A stretch of DNA of 41,245 nucleotides from Puia sp. (GTDB taxonomy: Bacteria; Bacteroidota; Bacteroidia; Chitinophagales; Chitinophagaceae), in the NCBI GenBank assembly GCA_035546735.1, contig DASZWE010000536.1, positions 1-41,245 on the forward strand, written 5' to 3'. The notes below the pieces were generated by a model. The model was not told the DNA's origin, made no database searches, and saw only the letters and a program-made list of their open reading frames with translations. The translations under genes and the position numbers were made by a program. Positions 24,060 through 33,164 of the stretch are shown here, piece by piece (position 1 is the stretch's first letter; the number at the start of each line of letters is the position of its first letter).

Positions 24060-26522
24060 ATGATCCAGATCAAGACCTTGCTAACTGTATTTTTGAGCTC
24101 TTTTTCTCTATTACTCTTTGCGCAATCGGGCCAGATCAGCGGCGAGGTAGGAGACCAGAACCACAAGCCCATCGAAGCGGCCACCGTTTCCCTGCTCCAG
24201 GGGAAAGATTCCTCCGCTGTCCGGCAGACGATGAGCGATAAATCCGGAAAGTTTGTTTTTGACAAGGTCGCAGAAGGAAAATACCTCATCAGCATTACCA
24301 GCGTAGGACATAATCCCCGTTTTTCACCCGTATTCGAAATTTCCGCTGCCCAGCCCGACGTGACCCTTCAACCCCTGACCCTGAACGCTTCCTCCGGCAA
24401 TCTCCAGGAAGTCTCCGTGGTAGGGAAAAAACCATTTATCGAGCAAAAGGCCGACCGTATGGTTGTCAATGTGGACGCGTCTCCTTCCAATGCCGGCTCC
24501 ACTGCGCTGGATGTACTGGAAAGATCCCCCGGCGTAACCCTGGACAAGGACGATAATATCAGCCTGAAAGGCAAGCAGGGCGTAACGGTGATGATCGATA
24601 ACAAGCCCACTTATATGAATGCCACCCAGCTTGCCAGCTATCTGAAGAGCCTGCCGGCTTCCACCATCGACCAGATCGAGCTTATGACCAACCCTTCCGC
24701 GAAATACGACGCGGCGGGCAACTCGGGGATCATCAATATCAAGACAAAAAAGAATAAGACCAAAGGCTTCAACGGCAGCGTCAACCTGACGCATACCCAG
24801 GGCGTCTATCCCAAGCCCAGCGGCAATATCAACCTGAATTACCGCAATGGAAGAGTAAATCTCTTCCTCAATGGCGGATACAGCCACTGGGAAGGTTTTC
24901 AGCACCTGGATATCTCCCGCACCTATCTTGATCCCGGTCCGGGCAAGGTAGTGAACTCCATTTTCACCCAGGCTACGGAGATGCATTTTGTCAATCCTGA
25001 AATGAACCTCAAATTCGGTATGGACTATTACCTGTCGAATAAGACCACCTTGGGATTCGTGGTCAGCGGTTTTCAGAACAAGGAGAACAACACCAGCTCC
25101 AGCCATATTTTCCTGAAAGACCCGCATGGCAATGTCGACTCCATGGTAAATTCTCCCAGCACTACCCACAATACCTGGAAGAATGGTTCTATCAATCTCA
25201 ATTACCGTCATCAGTATGATTCTACAGGAAGAGAGCTGACGGCCGATGTGGATTATGTCCGTTATTCTTCCGCCAACAGCCAGTATTTCGATAACATAAC
25301 CACCTATCCCGGCAACAACAACAGCAGCGAGACCATTCTCACCGGCAACCTGCCCGCCACCATCAATATCTATACATTCAAGACGGACTATACACATCCC
25401 GTCAGTAAGGACATAAAGGTCGAGGCCGGTTTGAAATCCAGCTACGTCCATACAGACAACATGGCCAACTATTATAATATTATCCATGGCGCCAGCGAAG
25501 TGGACACTACCAAGACAAATCATTTCCTTTATCGGGAGAATATCAACGCCGCCTATCTCAACTTTTCCAGGCAATACAAGAAATGGAGTATTCAGGCAGG
25601 CCTGCGTCTGGAGAATACCAACTATTCCGGTCACCAGTTGGGCAACGGCTCCCAGCTCAACAGGGATTCGACCTTCTCCCGCAGCTATTTTAGTCTTTTC
25701 CCCACTGCCTATATCAGCTATGCCGCCAGTGAGAAGAACCAGTTCTCTCTGAACTATGGCCGTCGCATCGATCGTCCGGCCTATCAGGATCTGAACCCCT
25801 TCCTCTTCTTCCTGGACCAGTATACCTACCAGGCAGGTAATCCCTATTTGCAGCCACAGTTCTCTCATAATGTCGAGCTGACCCATACCTATGCGGGATT
25901 TCTTTCCACTACGGTCAACTACAGCTATACCAAGAACTTTTTCTCCGAGACGTTTGAACAGTCGGGACATGCCACCATTGTCCGGAATGGCAATATCGGC
26001 AGCCGTCAGAATGCGGGCCTCGCCGTCAGTGCGCAGCTGCATGTCACCAAATGGTGGATGTCCATCCTGTACAGCAATGTCAACTATACCAAGTTCGACG
26101 GATTCCTCTATGGGGAGCCAGTCCACGTAGACGCCACCACGCTGCTGGTCAATCTGAACAACCAGTTCACTTTCCCGCATGGCTGGAGTGCAGAGCTTTC
26201 TGGCTGGTACCGAACTAAAGGTGTTGAGGGACAGTTGATTATATATTCAATGGGTCAGGCTACCGCCGCCGTGTCCAAAAAGGTGCTGGCCGACAAGGGC
26301 AGTGTCAAGGTGGGTATCCGGGACTTCCTTTATACCAACAAGCCCCACGGATATATCGACTTCCAGCAGACAGAAGCCACCTTCCGCAACATCCGGGACA
26401 GCCGCCAGGTCAGCGTTACGTTCAGCTACCGGTTTGGCAGGCCTATCAAGGCTCCGTCCCGCAGAAGGGCAGGCGGCGCGGGTGAAGAGGAAAGCCGTGT
26501 CAAGACGGGAGGCAACAATTAG
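24060..26522 (+). CDS. TonB-dependent receptor / outer-membrane beta-barrel family protein with N-terminal carboxypeptidase-regulatory-like domain
   Basis: Signal peptide, plug motif IELMTNPSAKYDAAGNSGIINIKTK, GNPYLQP and terminal FSYRFG strand. Confidence 0.9.
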   Translation: MIQIKTLLTVFLSSFSLLLFAQSGQISGEVGDQNHKPIEAATVSLLQGKDSSAVRQTMSDKSGKFVFDKVAEGKYLISITSVGHNPRFSPVFEISAAQPDVTLQPLTLNASSGNLQEVSVVGKKPFIEQKADRMVVNVDASPSNAGSTALDVLERSPGVTLDKDDNISLKGKQGVTVMIDNKPTYMNATQLASYLKSLPASTIDQIELMTNPSAKYDAAGNSGIINIKTKKNKTKGFNGSVNLTHTQGVYPKPSGNINLNYRNGRVNLFLNGGYSHWEGFQHLDISRTYLDPGPGKVVNSIFTQATEMHFVNPEMNLKFGMDYYLSNKTTLGFVVSGFQNKENNTSSSHIFLKDPHGNVDSMVNSPSTTHNTWKNGSINLNYRHQYDSTGRELTADVDYVRYSSANSQYFDNITTYPGNNNSSETILTGNLPATINIYTFKTDYTHPVSKDIKVEAGLKSSYVHTDNMANYYNIIHGASEVDTTKTNHFLYRENINAAYLNFSRQYKKWSIQAGLRLENTNYSGHQLGNGSQLNRDSTFSRSYFSLFPTAYISYAASEKNQFSLNYGRRIDRPAYQDLNPFLFFLDQYTYQAGNPYLQPQFSHNVELTHTYAGFLSTTVNYSYTKNFFSETFEQSGHATIVRNGNIGSRQNAGLAVSAQLHVTKWWMSILYSNVNYTKFDGFLYGEPVHVDATTLLVNLNNQFTFPHGWSAELSGWYRTKGVEGQLIIYSMGQATAAVSKKVLADKGSVKVGIRDFLYTNKPHGYIDFQQTEATFRNIRDSRQVSVTFSYRFGRPIKAPSRRRAGGAGEEESRVKTGGNN

Positions 26523-26559
26523 TGTCGGAAGAACTATCTTTGTTGTTCAACTTCTAATC

Positions 26560-27051
26560 ATGCCATCCTTTGATATAGTCAGCAAAGTTGACCCGCAGAC
26601 ACTGGACAATGCGGTCAATGTTACCAAAAAAGAGATAACCAACAGGTTTGATTTCAAAGACTCGCCAGTCGTCATCGATCTTGATAAGAAAGAGTCTAAG
26701 ATCAAGCTGGAGGCGGAAAGTGACATGAAGATCAACCAGATAACGGATGTGCTTATCAGCCGCAGTATGAAACAGGGACTGGATCCCCTGGCTTTCGACC
26801 TGACGAAAGAGGCCTATCCCAGCGGAAAAGTGACAAAGAAGGAAGTCCCGGTAAACAACGGACTTAAACAGGAAGATGCGAAGAAAGTGGTCAAGCTTAT
26901 CAAGGATTCCGGCCTCAAGGTACAGGCCGCGATCATGGATGACCTGGTCCGTGTCACCGCCAAAAAGATCGATGATCTGCAGGCAGTCATTCAGCTCTGT
27001 AAGGGCGCCAACCTGAAGGTGCCCCTCCAGTATGTCAATATGCGTAGCTAG
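26560..27051 (+). CDS. yajQ: YajQ family nucleotide-binding protein
   Basis: MPSFDIVS, RFDFK, RVTAKKIDDLQ and LQYVNMR. Start corrected to ATG 26560 after TATCTTTG (26535-26542). Confidence 0.95.
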   Translation: MPSFDIVSKVDPQTLDNAVNVTKKEITNRFDFKDSPVVIDLDKKESKIKLEAESDMKINQITDVLISRSMKQGLDPLAFDLTKEAYPSGKVTKKEVPVNNGLKQEDAKKVVKLIKDSGLKVQAAIMDDLVRVTAKKIDDLQAVIQLCKGANLKVPLQYVNMRS

Positions 27052-27165
27052 ACGCCGGGAGGATTGATAAATTATTTGTTTTACCCATTGATACTCCGTA
27101 TCTTTGCAAACTCTAAAAGAAAATTAGTACGGCCAAATCCGTACAACCTTCAAATAGAACTAATT

Positions 27166-27420
27166 ATGAAAAAAGGTATCCATCCGAATAACTATCGGTT
27201 CGTTGTTTTCAAGGACATGAGTAATGGCTATTCTTTCCTGAGCCGTAGCGGAGCTACTTCCAGGGAAACTATCAAGTGGGAAGATGGCAACGAGTATCCC
27301 CTGATCAAATTGGAAATTTCCAATACTTCGCATCCTTTCTTCACCGGCAAGAACGTACTGGTGGATACGGCCGGTAGGATCGACAAATTCAAAAAGCGTT
27401 ACGAAAAGAAAACCAAATAA
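27166..27420 (+). CDS. rpmE2: 50S ribosomal protein L31 type B (zinc-free)
   Basis: [15 protein letters not shown]...SHPFFTG...DTAGRIDKF, no Cys. Start ATG 27166; promoter TATCTTTG 27099-27106. Confidence 0.95.
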   Translation: MKKGIHPNNYRFVVFKDMSNGYSFLSRSGATSRETIKWEDGNEYPLIKLEISNTSHPFFTGKNVLVDTAGRIDKFKKRYEKKTK

Positions 27421-27444
27421 GCATTGGTTCTCACATAACCTATT

Positions 27445-27475
27445 ATCCCTTCCTGTAACGGAGGGGATTTTTTTT
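27445..27475 (+). terminator. Intrinsic terminator after rpmE2
   Basis: ATCCCTTCC/GGAGGGGAT stem with T-tract. Confidence 0.8.
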
Positions 27476-27504
27476 AGAACTATCGTATATCGTAGCTTTA
27501 ATCC

Positions 27505-28404
27505 ATGGATGATTCCCTGTTCCCTTTTACTGCCACGCGGCCCATCGCCGACATACGTGTAGGCATCCTGACCATTCGGGAGAAGGAGCAGCATGGCTCC
27601 CGGGGAGTATTGCACTGGGTACCTTTGCTTACTCGTCCCTGGCATATCTTTCGGCTCAATGCCGAAGCGCTGGTCGACGATTTTACGCTGCTGACCAGCG
27701 GACGACTTTCGCAGCCCATCCCATCTTCCGTACAGGCCATTGCCCCGGAGAACATTTTTATCGAAGAAGGCGCCGTATTGCAACATTGTATCCTCAATGC
27801 TTCCGCGGGACCGATCTATATTGGTGCGAATGCGGAGATCATGGAAGGATCGCTCATACGTGGACCCTTTGCTCTTTGTGAAGGCGCCACGGTAAAACTG
27901 GGCACAAAAATATATGGTGCTACTACGATAGGACCCTACAGCATCGTTGGCGGAGAGATCAAGAACTCGGTCATCTTTGGCTATTCCAACAAAGGACATG
28001 ACGGCTATCTGGGCGACTCCGTGATAGGGGAGTGGTGCAACCTGGGCGCCGGCACTTCCAACTCCAATCTGAAGAACAATGCTGCCGAAGTCAAAGCCTG
28101 GGATCAGGGTTCCGGTCAGTTTATTGCAGCAGGCGGCAAATGTGGCTTGCTGATGGGCGACTATTCCCGCAGTGCTATCAACACTTCCTTCAATACGGGT
28201 ACTGTGGTAGGCGTCTGCTGCAACGTATTCGGAGAGGGACTTACACCCAAATACATACCCAGCTTCAGCTGGGGATATGAGAACAATCCAGGGTATCAGC
28301 TGGAAAGAGCCCTGCGCGACATCGACAGCTGGAAAAGATTTAAAGGACAGACACTTACCGATGCCGAAATAAAAAAACTCAAATATATTTACGAAAAATT
28401 ATAA
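27505..28404 (+). CDS. GlmU-like putative sugar nucleotidyltransferase / left-handed beta-helix protein (Bacteroidota family)
   Basis: PFT.TRP.ADIRVGILTIREK start, hexapeptide repeats, NKGHDGYLGDSVIGEWCNLGAGT.NSNLKN. Confidence 0.85.
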   Translation: MDDSLFPFTATRPIADIRVGILTIREKEQHGSRGVLHWVPLLTRPWHIFRLNAEALVDDFTLLTSGRLSQPIPSSVQAIAPENIFIEEGAVLQHCILNASAGPIYIGANAEIMEGSLIRGPFALCEGATVKLGTKIYGATTIGPYSIVGGEIKNSVIFGYSNKGHDGYLGDSVIGEWCNLGAGTSNSNLKNNAAEVKAWDQGSGQFIAAGGKCGLLMGDYSRSAINTSFNTGTVVGVCCNVFGEGLTPKYIPSFSWGYENNPGYQLERALRDIDSWKRFKGQTLTDAEIKKLKYIYEKL

Positions 28405-28416
28405 ATCCTCCGATCA

Positions 28417-29175
28417 ATGAGAAAGCAAATTGCGGCCGCCAACTGGAAAATGAATCTTACGTATCAACAGGGACAAGAATTGCTGGATGCTATTTTAAAA
28501 GAAAATATCGGACTGAAGGAGCATCAGCAGGCCGTCTTTGCCGTTCCCTTTCCTTATCTTATCATGGCCCAGACCAGGCTGGAAAAGAAAAAGAACTATG
28601 CAGCCGCCGCGCAGAACTGTTCGGATCAGCCGGCCGGAGCCTATACGGGTGAAGTATCTGCCGAAATGCTCCAGTCCATCAACATCCGCTATTGCGTGCT
28701 GGGGCACAGTGAAAGAAGAGAATATTTCTCCGAACATAATCAATCGCTGGCTGTCAAGACCCAGCGCTGCCTGGAACGGGGCATTACCCCTATCTTCTGC
28801 TGCGGCGAACCCCTTAGCATCCGGGAAGTGGATGCCCAGGAAAGCTTTGTAGAGGCCCAGTTGAAAGAGTCCCTTTTCCATTTCTCCGTGGAAGATATCA
28901 GCAAGATCGTCATCGCTTATGAACCCATCTGGGCCATCGGCACGGGCAGGACGGCCTCTGCCCAACAGGCCCAGGAAATGCACGCTTGTATTCGTCGTCT
29001 GTTAAAAGCCAAATACGGAGAGGTGGCGGATTCCATTCCCATTCTTTACGGCGGCAGCGTCAAGGCCGGCAATGCGGCAGAGCTGTTCGGCTGCCCGGAC
29101 GTAGATGGTGGCCTGGTAGGGGGTGCTTCACTGGTAGCCGCTGATTTTCTGACAATTATGAAGGCCCTTAAGTAG
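28417..29175 (+). CDS. tpiA: Triosephosphate isomerase
   Basis: ANWKMN, GAYTGE, GHSERR, AYEPIWAIGTG, YGGSV and LVGGASL. Confidence 0.99.
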   Translation: MRKQIAAANWKMNLTYQQGQELLDAILKENIGLKEHQQAVFAVPFPYLIMAQTRLEKKKNYAAAAQNCSDQPAGAYTGEVSAEMLQSINIRYCVLGHSERREYFSEHNQSLAVKTQRCLERGITPIFCCGEPLSIREVDAQESFVEAQLKESLFHFSVEDISKIVIAYEPIWAIGTGRTASAQQAQEMHACIRRLLKAKYGEVADSIPILYGGSVKAGNAAELFGCPDVDGGLVGGASLVAADFLTIMKALK

Positions 29176-29198
29176 GGAATATTTCATATCTTTACTGC

Positions 29199-30296
29199 AT
29201 GTTGAAAAACCTCGACATCGCAATCAAGAAGGTGCGAAGGCTACCCAGGACCGACCTTTCCAGGCGGATAAAGCTGGGGATCCGGAAGTATGTTACAGGT
29301 TGTCCATATTACATTACTGTTCAGACGGTGAGCGCTTGCAATTTGAAATGCAAGCATTGCTTTATAAATGATTATCACACAGAGATCCATGACGGGGTCA
29401 TTCGGATAATGAAAATGGAGGAGTTCACTGTTTTTGCAGAAAGGCTGACCCCTATGATCCGGAATGCTTCCTTCTTCACATTTTCCACATTTGAAGCCAT
29501 ACTCAATAAGTATCTTTTCCAAATGATGGACCTGATCCTGCAGATCAATCCGGATATCCGATTCCCCTTCCTTTCCAATTCGATGGAGCTCAGCGAGGAA
29601 AAGATCCGTCAGCTGGAAAAGTATCCGGTGTCGGAGATCAATGTCTCCATGGACGGCTATACTAAACAGACAGTCGAGAATTTCAAGACGGAAGTAAAGT
29701 TCGAAAAGATAGTGGAAACCATCCGTCTGCTCAAGGCTTCTTCCTTGAAAGATGTGGTGGCGGTGACCTTTGTAGCCCACCGGGATAATATCCATGAGCT
29801 GCCGGATTACGTGGATTTCGTCCATCGTCTGGGTGTCCGCAGGATATATGTCAACAATGTCCTTACGTTTACCCGGAACCTGGCTCCCCTTGCTCTTTAT
29901 ACGCAGGAAGGGAACTCCGCCGCACAGGCGCTTTTCGATGAAGCTGTCCGACGGGCCCGCGGCCATAAGATATCCATTAGCATACCCCGTCTTAAGCCCG
30001 AGCAAATGGGTTGTCAGGCAGTCGAGACTTTTTATGTGGACATCAAGGGTGATGTGGCTCCATGTGATTTTCTCGGCGTCACCACTCCCTTTACGCTCTG
30101 GGAAAAGACTACCAGCAATCCGCCCGTTATTTTCGGGAATATTTTAAAAACGGATCCCATGGAGATCTATCGCAGCAATGAGGCCCGCCGGTTCAGAGAG
30201 GCCCATCGCCTTGGCCGCGACCTGCCTGTGCAATGCCGCAATTGTATCGATGCGTACGGGTTGATGTGCAGCAATCGCATTCATCACACGGCGTAA
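29199..30296 (+). CDS. Radical SAM protein with C-terminal SPASM/twitch domain
   Basis: CNLKCKHC; VSMDG; C-terminal C...VDIKGDVAPC...FGNI...CRNC...C. Confidence 0.9.
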   Translation: MLKNLDIAIKKVRRLPRTDLSRRIKLGIRKYVTGCPYYITVQTVSACNLKCKHCFINDYHTEIHDGVIRIMKMEEFTVFAERLTPMIRNASFFTFSTFEAILNKYLFQMMDLILQINPDIRFPFLSNSMELSEEKIRQLEKYPVSEINVSMDGYTKQTVENFKTEVKFEKIVETIRLLKASSLKDVVAVTFVAHRDNIHELPDYVDFVHRLGVRRIYVNNVLTFTRNLAPLALYTQEGNSAAQALFDEAVRRARGHKISISIPRLKPEQMGCQAVETFYVDIKGDVAPCDFLGVTTPFTLWEKTTSNPPVIFGNILKTDPMEIYRSNEARRFREAHRLGRDLPVQCRNCIDAYGLMCSNRIHHTA

Positions 30297-30310
30297 ACGC
30301 ATCCGGTGTA

Positions 30311-31630
30311 ATGACGATAGCAAAGATCTTATATAGGAATATGTACTGGAAAGCGCTGCTGGCAGCTCTTTCTTTTTTTACCAATCTTTTTTTGGTCCGC
30401 CTGTTCAGGGCCTCCGTTTCCGCCGAGTACTATTCTTTCATATATTACCTTTCCCTTCTCGCCACCTTTTTTACGTTTGGGCTCGACATCAGCCTCAACT
30501 ATTTTCTTTCACGCCGGGAACTGTCGTTTACAACAACATCCGGGATCGTTGCGGGAGCGACCATTTTTTCCCTGGTCGTCGCCCTTCCCTTGCTGGCGCT
30601 GACTTTTCATTTATTCAGCCATCCCCATATCACCCTGGGGAAATGGCTCCTTTTTTCTGCTTTGCATATATCCGGGACCCTGCTGACCAGTTTGTCAGGC
30701 ACTATCTTTACTGCATATGGTCGCAGCTGGCAGGCAACCCGGTATACGTTTGCCATCAATATCCTATTGATCGCCCTGATCTTTTTTGCATCCTTGTTCT
30801 TCCAGGGCGCCCGGCTGGTGGAGAATCTTTTCATGCTCTTATTTTCTTTTTCATTCCTGCAGGGAGGCCTGCTTTTTATACTGGCTGCCATATCTTATGG
30901 AGGCAGACGGGCGGAGCCTGTATCCGGGGACGCCCGTATCCATTTCATCCTTCGCTATTCCTTTAAGGCCTTTATCATCAACTTTATATTCTTTTTGGGT
31001 GCCCGGCTGAGCATTTACCTGCTGCCTTACTTTGTCGATGTCTATGAACTGGGTAATTATATTCAGGCATACAAGCTGGTGGAATACATTGGCCTGGCAG
31101 CGTCCTTTTTATATTATCCCTTTATGGCATGGGTGGCGGGGGCGCAGGAGGGAGAGAAAAAGGAAAGAGCGCTTTTATTGCTTATTCGTATCTCGCATAC
31201 GGGTATATTCCTTTTTTGCATAGGCATCCTCCTATGTGGAAAAGTGCTTTTTCCCTTGATGTATGGCCGTTCGTTCGGAAGCATGTACGGCATAACCCTT
31301 TTCTTTATGCCGGGCCTTTTCCCTGTTTTTTCATCTACTTTTTTTACGGCTTACTTCTATGGGGTTCACCGGCTGACGAATAACTTTATCAGCGGCTGTG
31401 TACAGCTGGTCCTGTCCATAGCCCTGTTCTTCCCGCTGACGGCTGCCCTGGGCGCGTGGGGCGCGGCACTGGCATTCAGTATAGCCAGCCTGGGCTCTAT
31501 GGCTTATGATTGTATCATCTTTGGGAAAATAACGTCTTACAGGGCGGCGGATATATTGTTCATGCGAGCCGGCGATTGGAAGCATATCAGGATCTTTGTA
31601 CTGCAATTGTTTAAATTTGATTTGAGATAA
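30311..31630 (+). CDS. Wzx/MOP-superfamily oligosaccharide flippase-like membrane protein
   Basis: About 12 TM helices; FGLD..L.YF, ELGNY..AYKL and GAWGAALA patterns. ATG 30311 chosen. Confidence 0.75.
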   Translation: MTIAKILYRNMYWKALLAALSFFTNLFLVRLFRASVSAEYYSFIYYLSLLATFFTFGLDISLNYFLSRRELSFTTTSGIVAGATIFSLVVALPLLALTFHLFSHPHITLGKWLLFSALHISGTLLTSLSGTIFTAYGRSWQATRYTFAINILLIALIFFASLFFQGARLVENLFMLLFSFSFLQGGLLFILAAISYGGRRAEPVSGDARIHFILRYSFKAFIINFIFFLGARLSIYLLPYFVDVYELGNYIQAYKLVEYIGLAASFLYYPFMAWVAGAQEGEKKERALLLLIRISHTGIFLFCIGILLCGKVLFPLMYGRSFGSMYGITLFFMPGLFPVFSSTFFTAYFYGVHRLTNNFISGCVQLVLSIALFFPLTAALGAWGAALAFSIASLGSMAYDCIIFGKITSYRAADILFMRAGDWKHIRIFVLQLFKFDLR

Positions 31631-31670
31631 TGACCAGCAGGTGTATTCGCAGATTTTTGATGAGGATCCC

Positions 31671-32504
31671 TTAATTGCCGTCATCACCGGCGCGCACCCG
31701 TGACAAAGGCAAAAGAGTCAGATTCAGGATAAGCAGCTCATAAAAAAAGACGTCGATGAACAACAGGGTCACGGTATGGAACAGAATGGGTATCCAGAAT
31801 AGCCACCTGTCGCATCTTTTGGTAAAAAAGCCAATGAGCATACATCCCTGCAAAAGGATCATTGTCAGAAAGCCCAGATAGGCTACCATGGGATGTGTAA
31901 TGACCCAGGAATACAATCCGGTGAACGGGCTGTCCGGATGCTGGACCATGAACAGGGCCTGGTTGGTCTTGATGAACTCCGCTCCATTGGGAAAGTAGAA
32001 GAGGCTATGTGTGAGGAGTGCTTTATGGACAAAGGCGTCTGCGAATATATACAGGTAGAAATAGCGGATACCTTCCCACATCAGCCTGAATTTTCTTTCC
32101 TTCCGGACAAGAAATGCATAAGGCAGCACCATTACCCCTATGATGGAGACATTGTGATGATGGCTGTAGCTGTTGTAGTTCAGTCCGTAAAGCGTCCAGC
32201 CAATGGCGCAGCACAGGACGGCCCATCTGCGCCGTCCCGCAGTGGCCCAGCAGTACAGGGTGAAGCATAACAACAAAATATCGAAAACCCACGCAATTAC
32301 CTTATTATCCGCCAGCAGCCGGGGAATGCCGGTGAGGTGATATAACCAATATGTATAATCGAAATCTGTCTCGTACAGTATGGGCTGCTGCATCTGATGG
32401 ACCAGCGAATGGGTCAGCAGACGATAGACGAAAATGAAGAATGCAAACCCGAATGTCCATCGGGCCGCCGTATCCCTAGTTAGTATGGGGAGACTCCAGC
32501 TCAT
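31671..32504 (-). CDS. Polytopic membrane protein, HTTM-like
   Basis: Six to seven TM helices; SHHH loop, W..IRYF.LYIF...F.HK and FH.....F.D..F motifs reminiscent of HTTM/SdpB proteins. The family call is tentative. Confidence 0.65.
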   Translation of the reverse strand: MSWSLPILTRDTAARWTFGFAFFIFVYRLLTHSLVHQMQQPILYETDFDYTYWLYHLTGIPRLLADNKVIAWVFDILLLCFTLYCWATAGRRRWAVLCCAIGWTLYGLNYNSYSHHHNVSIIGVMVLPYAFLVRKERKFRLMWEGIRYFYLYIFADAFVHKALLTHSLFYFPNGAEFIKTNQALFMVQHPDSPFTGLYSWVITHPMVAYLGFLTMILLQGCMLIGFFTKRCDRWLFWIPILFHTVTLLFIDVFFYELLILNLTLLPLSRVRAGDDGN

Positions 32505-33057
32505 AGAGTTTTTTACGGTAATCTGCCACAGGTAAATTTTGTTTGTCGTAATGAACGTGCAGCTGGTAGATGCCCAGGCGCTGAATATCCTTGTTCACCG
32601 AATGCCGGATATATTGCAGAAGCCAGGGTAAATACCGTTCATAATCTTCCCGGGCATTCACCGCATGCGTGCTTAACAGCTTCATATAGGGGTGTTTGCG
32701 CAGCAGCTCCCGTATAGCCGGCGCCTTGGGGTCTTCTCCAACCGCAGCTCCCTGGAAGGGGACGGCCTGGTAAAAAGCCGAAAGGGTGAAATAGATCATC
32801 ATTCTGCGGGGTTCGTCAAACGTGTGGTGCAGGTCCAGCAGCTCGCTGTCTGCCATTATGACCAAAAAATCGTCCGTACCCCTTTGCTCCATGCCGGCAT
32901 ACATGCCCGGGACGAGGGCCGGGGTGATCTCGCAGCTGCTTTTATGACCATAAAGGACAGCCCCTATGAAGATAATAGCAAGAAAAAAAAGCAATTTATA
33001 TTCCTGGTAGCACCTTACAAGGTATAGTCTTTGGATGTATGAACGCAAGGAATTCAT
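32476..33057 (-). CDS. Single-TM hypothetical protein, partner of 31671-32504
   Basis: Hydrophobic N-terminal anchor followed by EITP....GMYA; overlaps the downstream gene by 29 nt. ATG 33057 chosen. Confidence 0.7.
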   Translation of the reverse strand: MNSLRSYIQRLYLVRCYQEYKLLFFLAIIFIGAVLYGHKSSCEITPALVPGMYAGMEQRGTDDFLVIMADSELLDLHHTFDEPRRMMIYFTLSAFYQAVPFQGAAVGEDPKAPAIRELLRKHPYMKLLSTHAVNAREDYERYLPWLLQYIRHSVNKDIQRLGIYQLHVHYDKQNLPVADYRKKLYELESPHTN

Positions 33058-33164
33058 GCTTTTAGCCAGTTGCCCGGGCGATGTGGAATTTGTGTGAAAA
33101 TAGGGAATTTGCGGCACTAAAATCGTATCTTGCACGCTCAATAAAACAGGGTATTTACACCGCA

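Noticed and set aside
24324-26180. 618-aa minus-strand ORF, and similar long antisense ORFs (33138-34664, 5279-6238, 17612-18541, 27160-27999)
   Set aside because: Shadows of well-supported genes on the opposite strand; no recognisable motifs.
29176-31670. RiPP precursor peptide near the radical SAM gene
   Set aside because: Intergenic gaps are 14-40 nt; no room for a credible short ORF.
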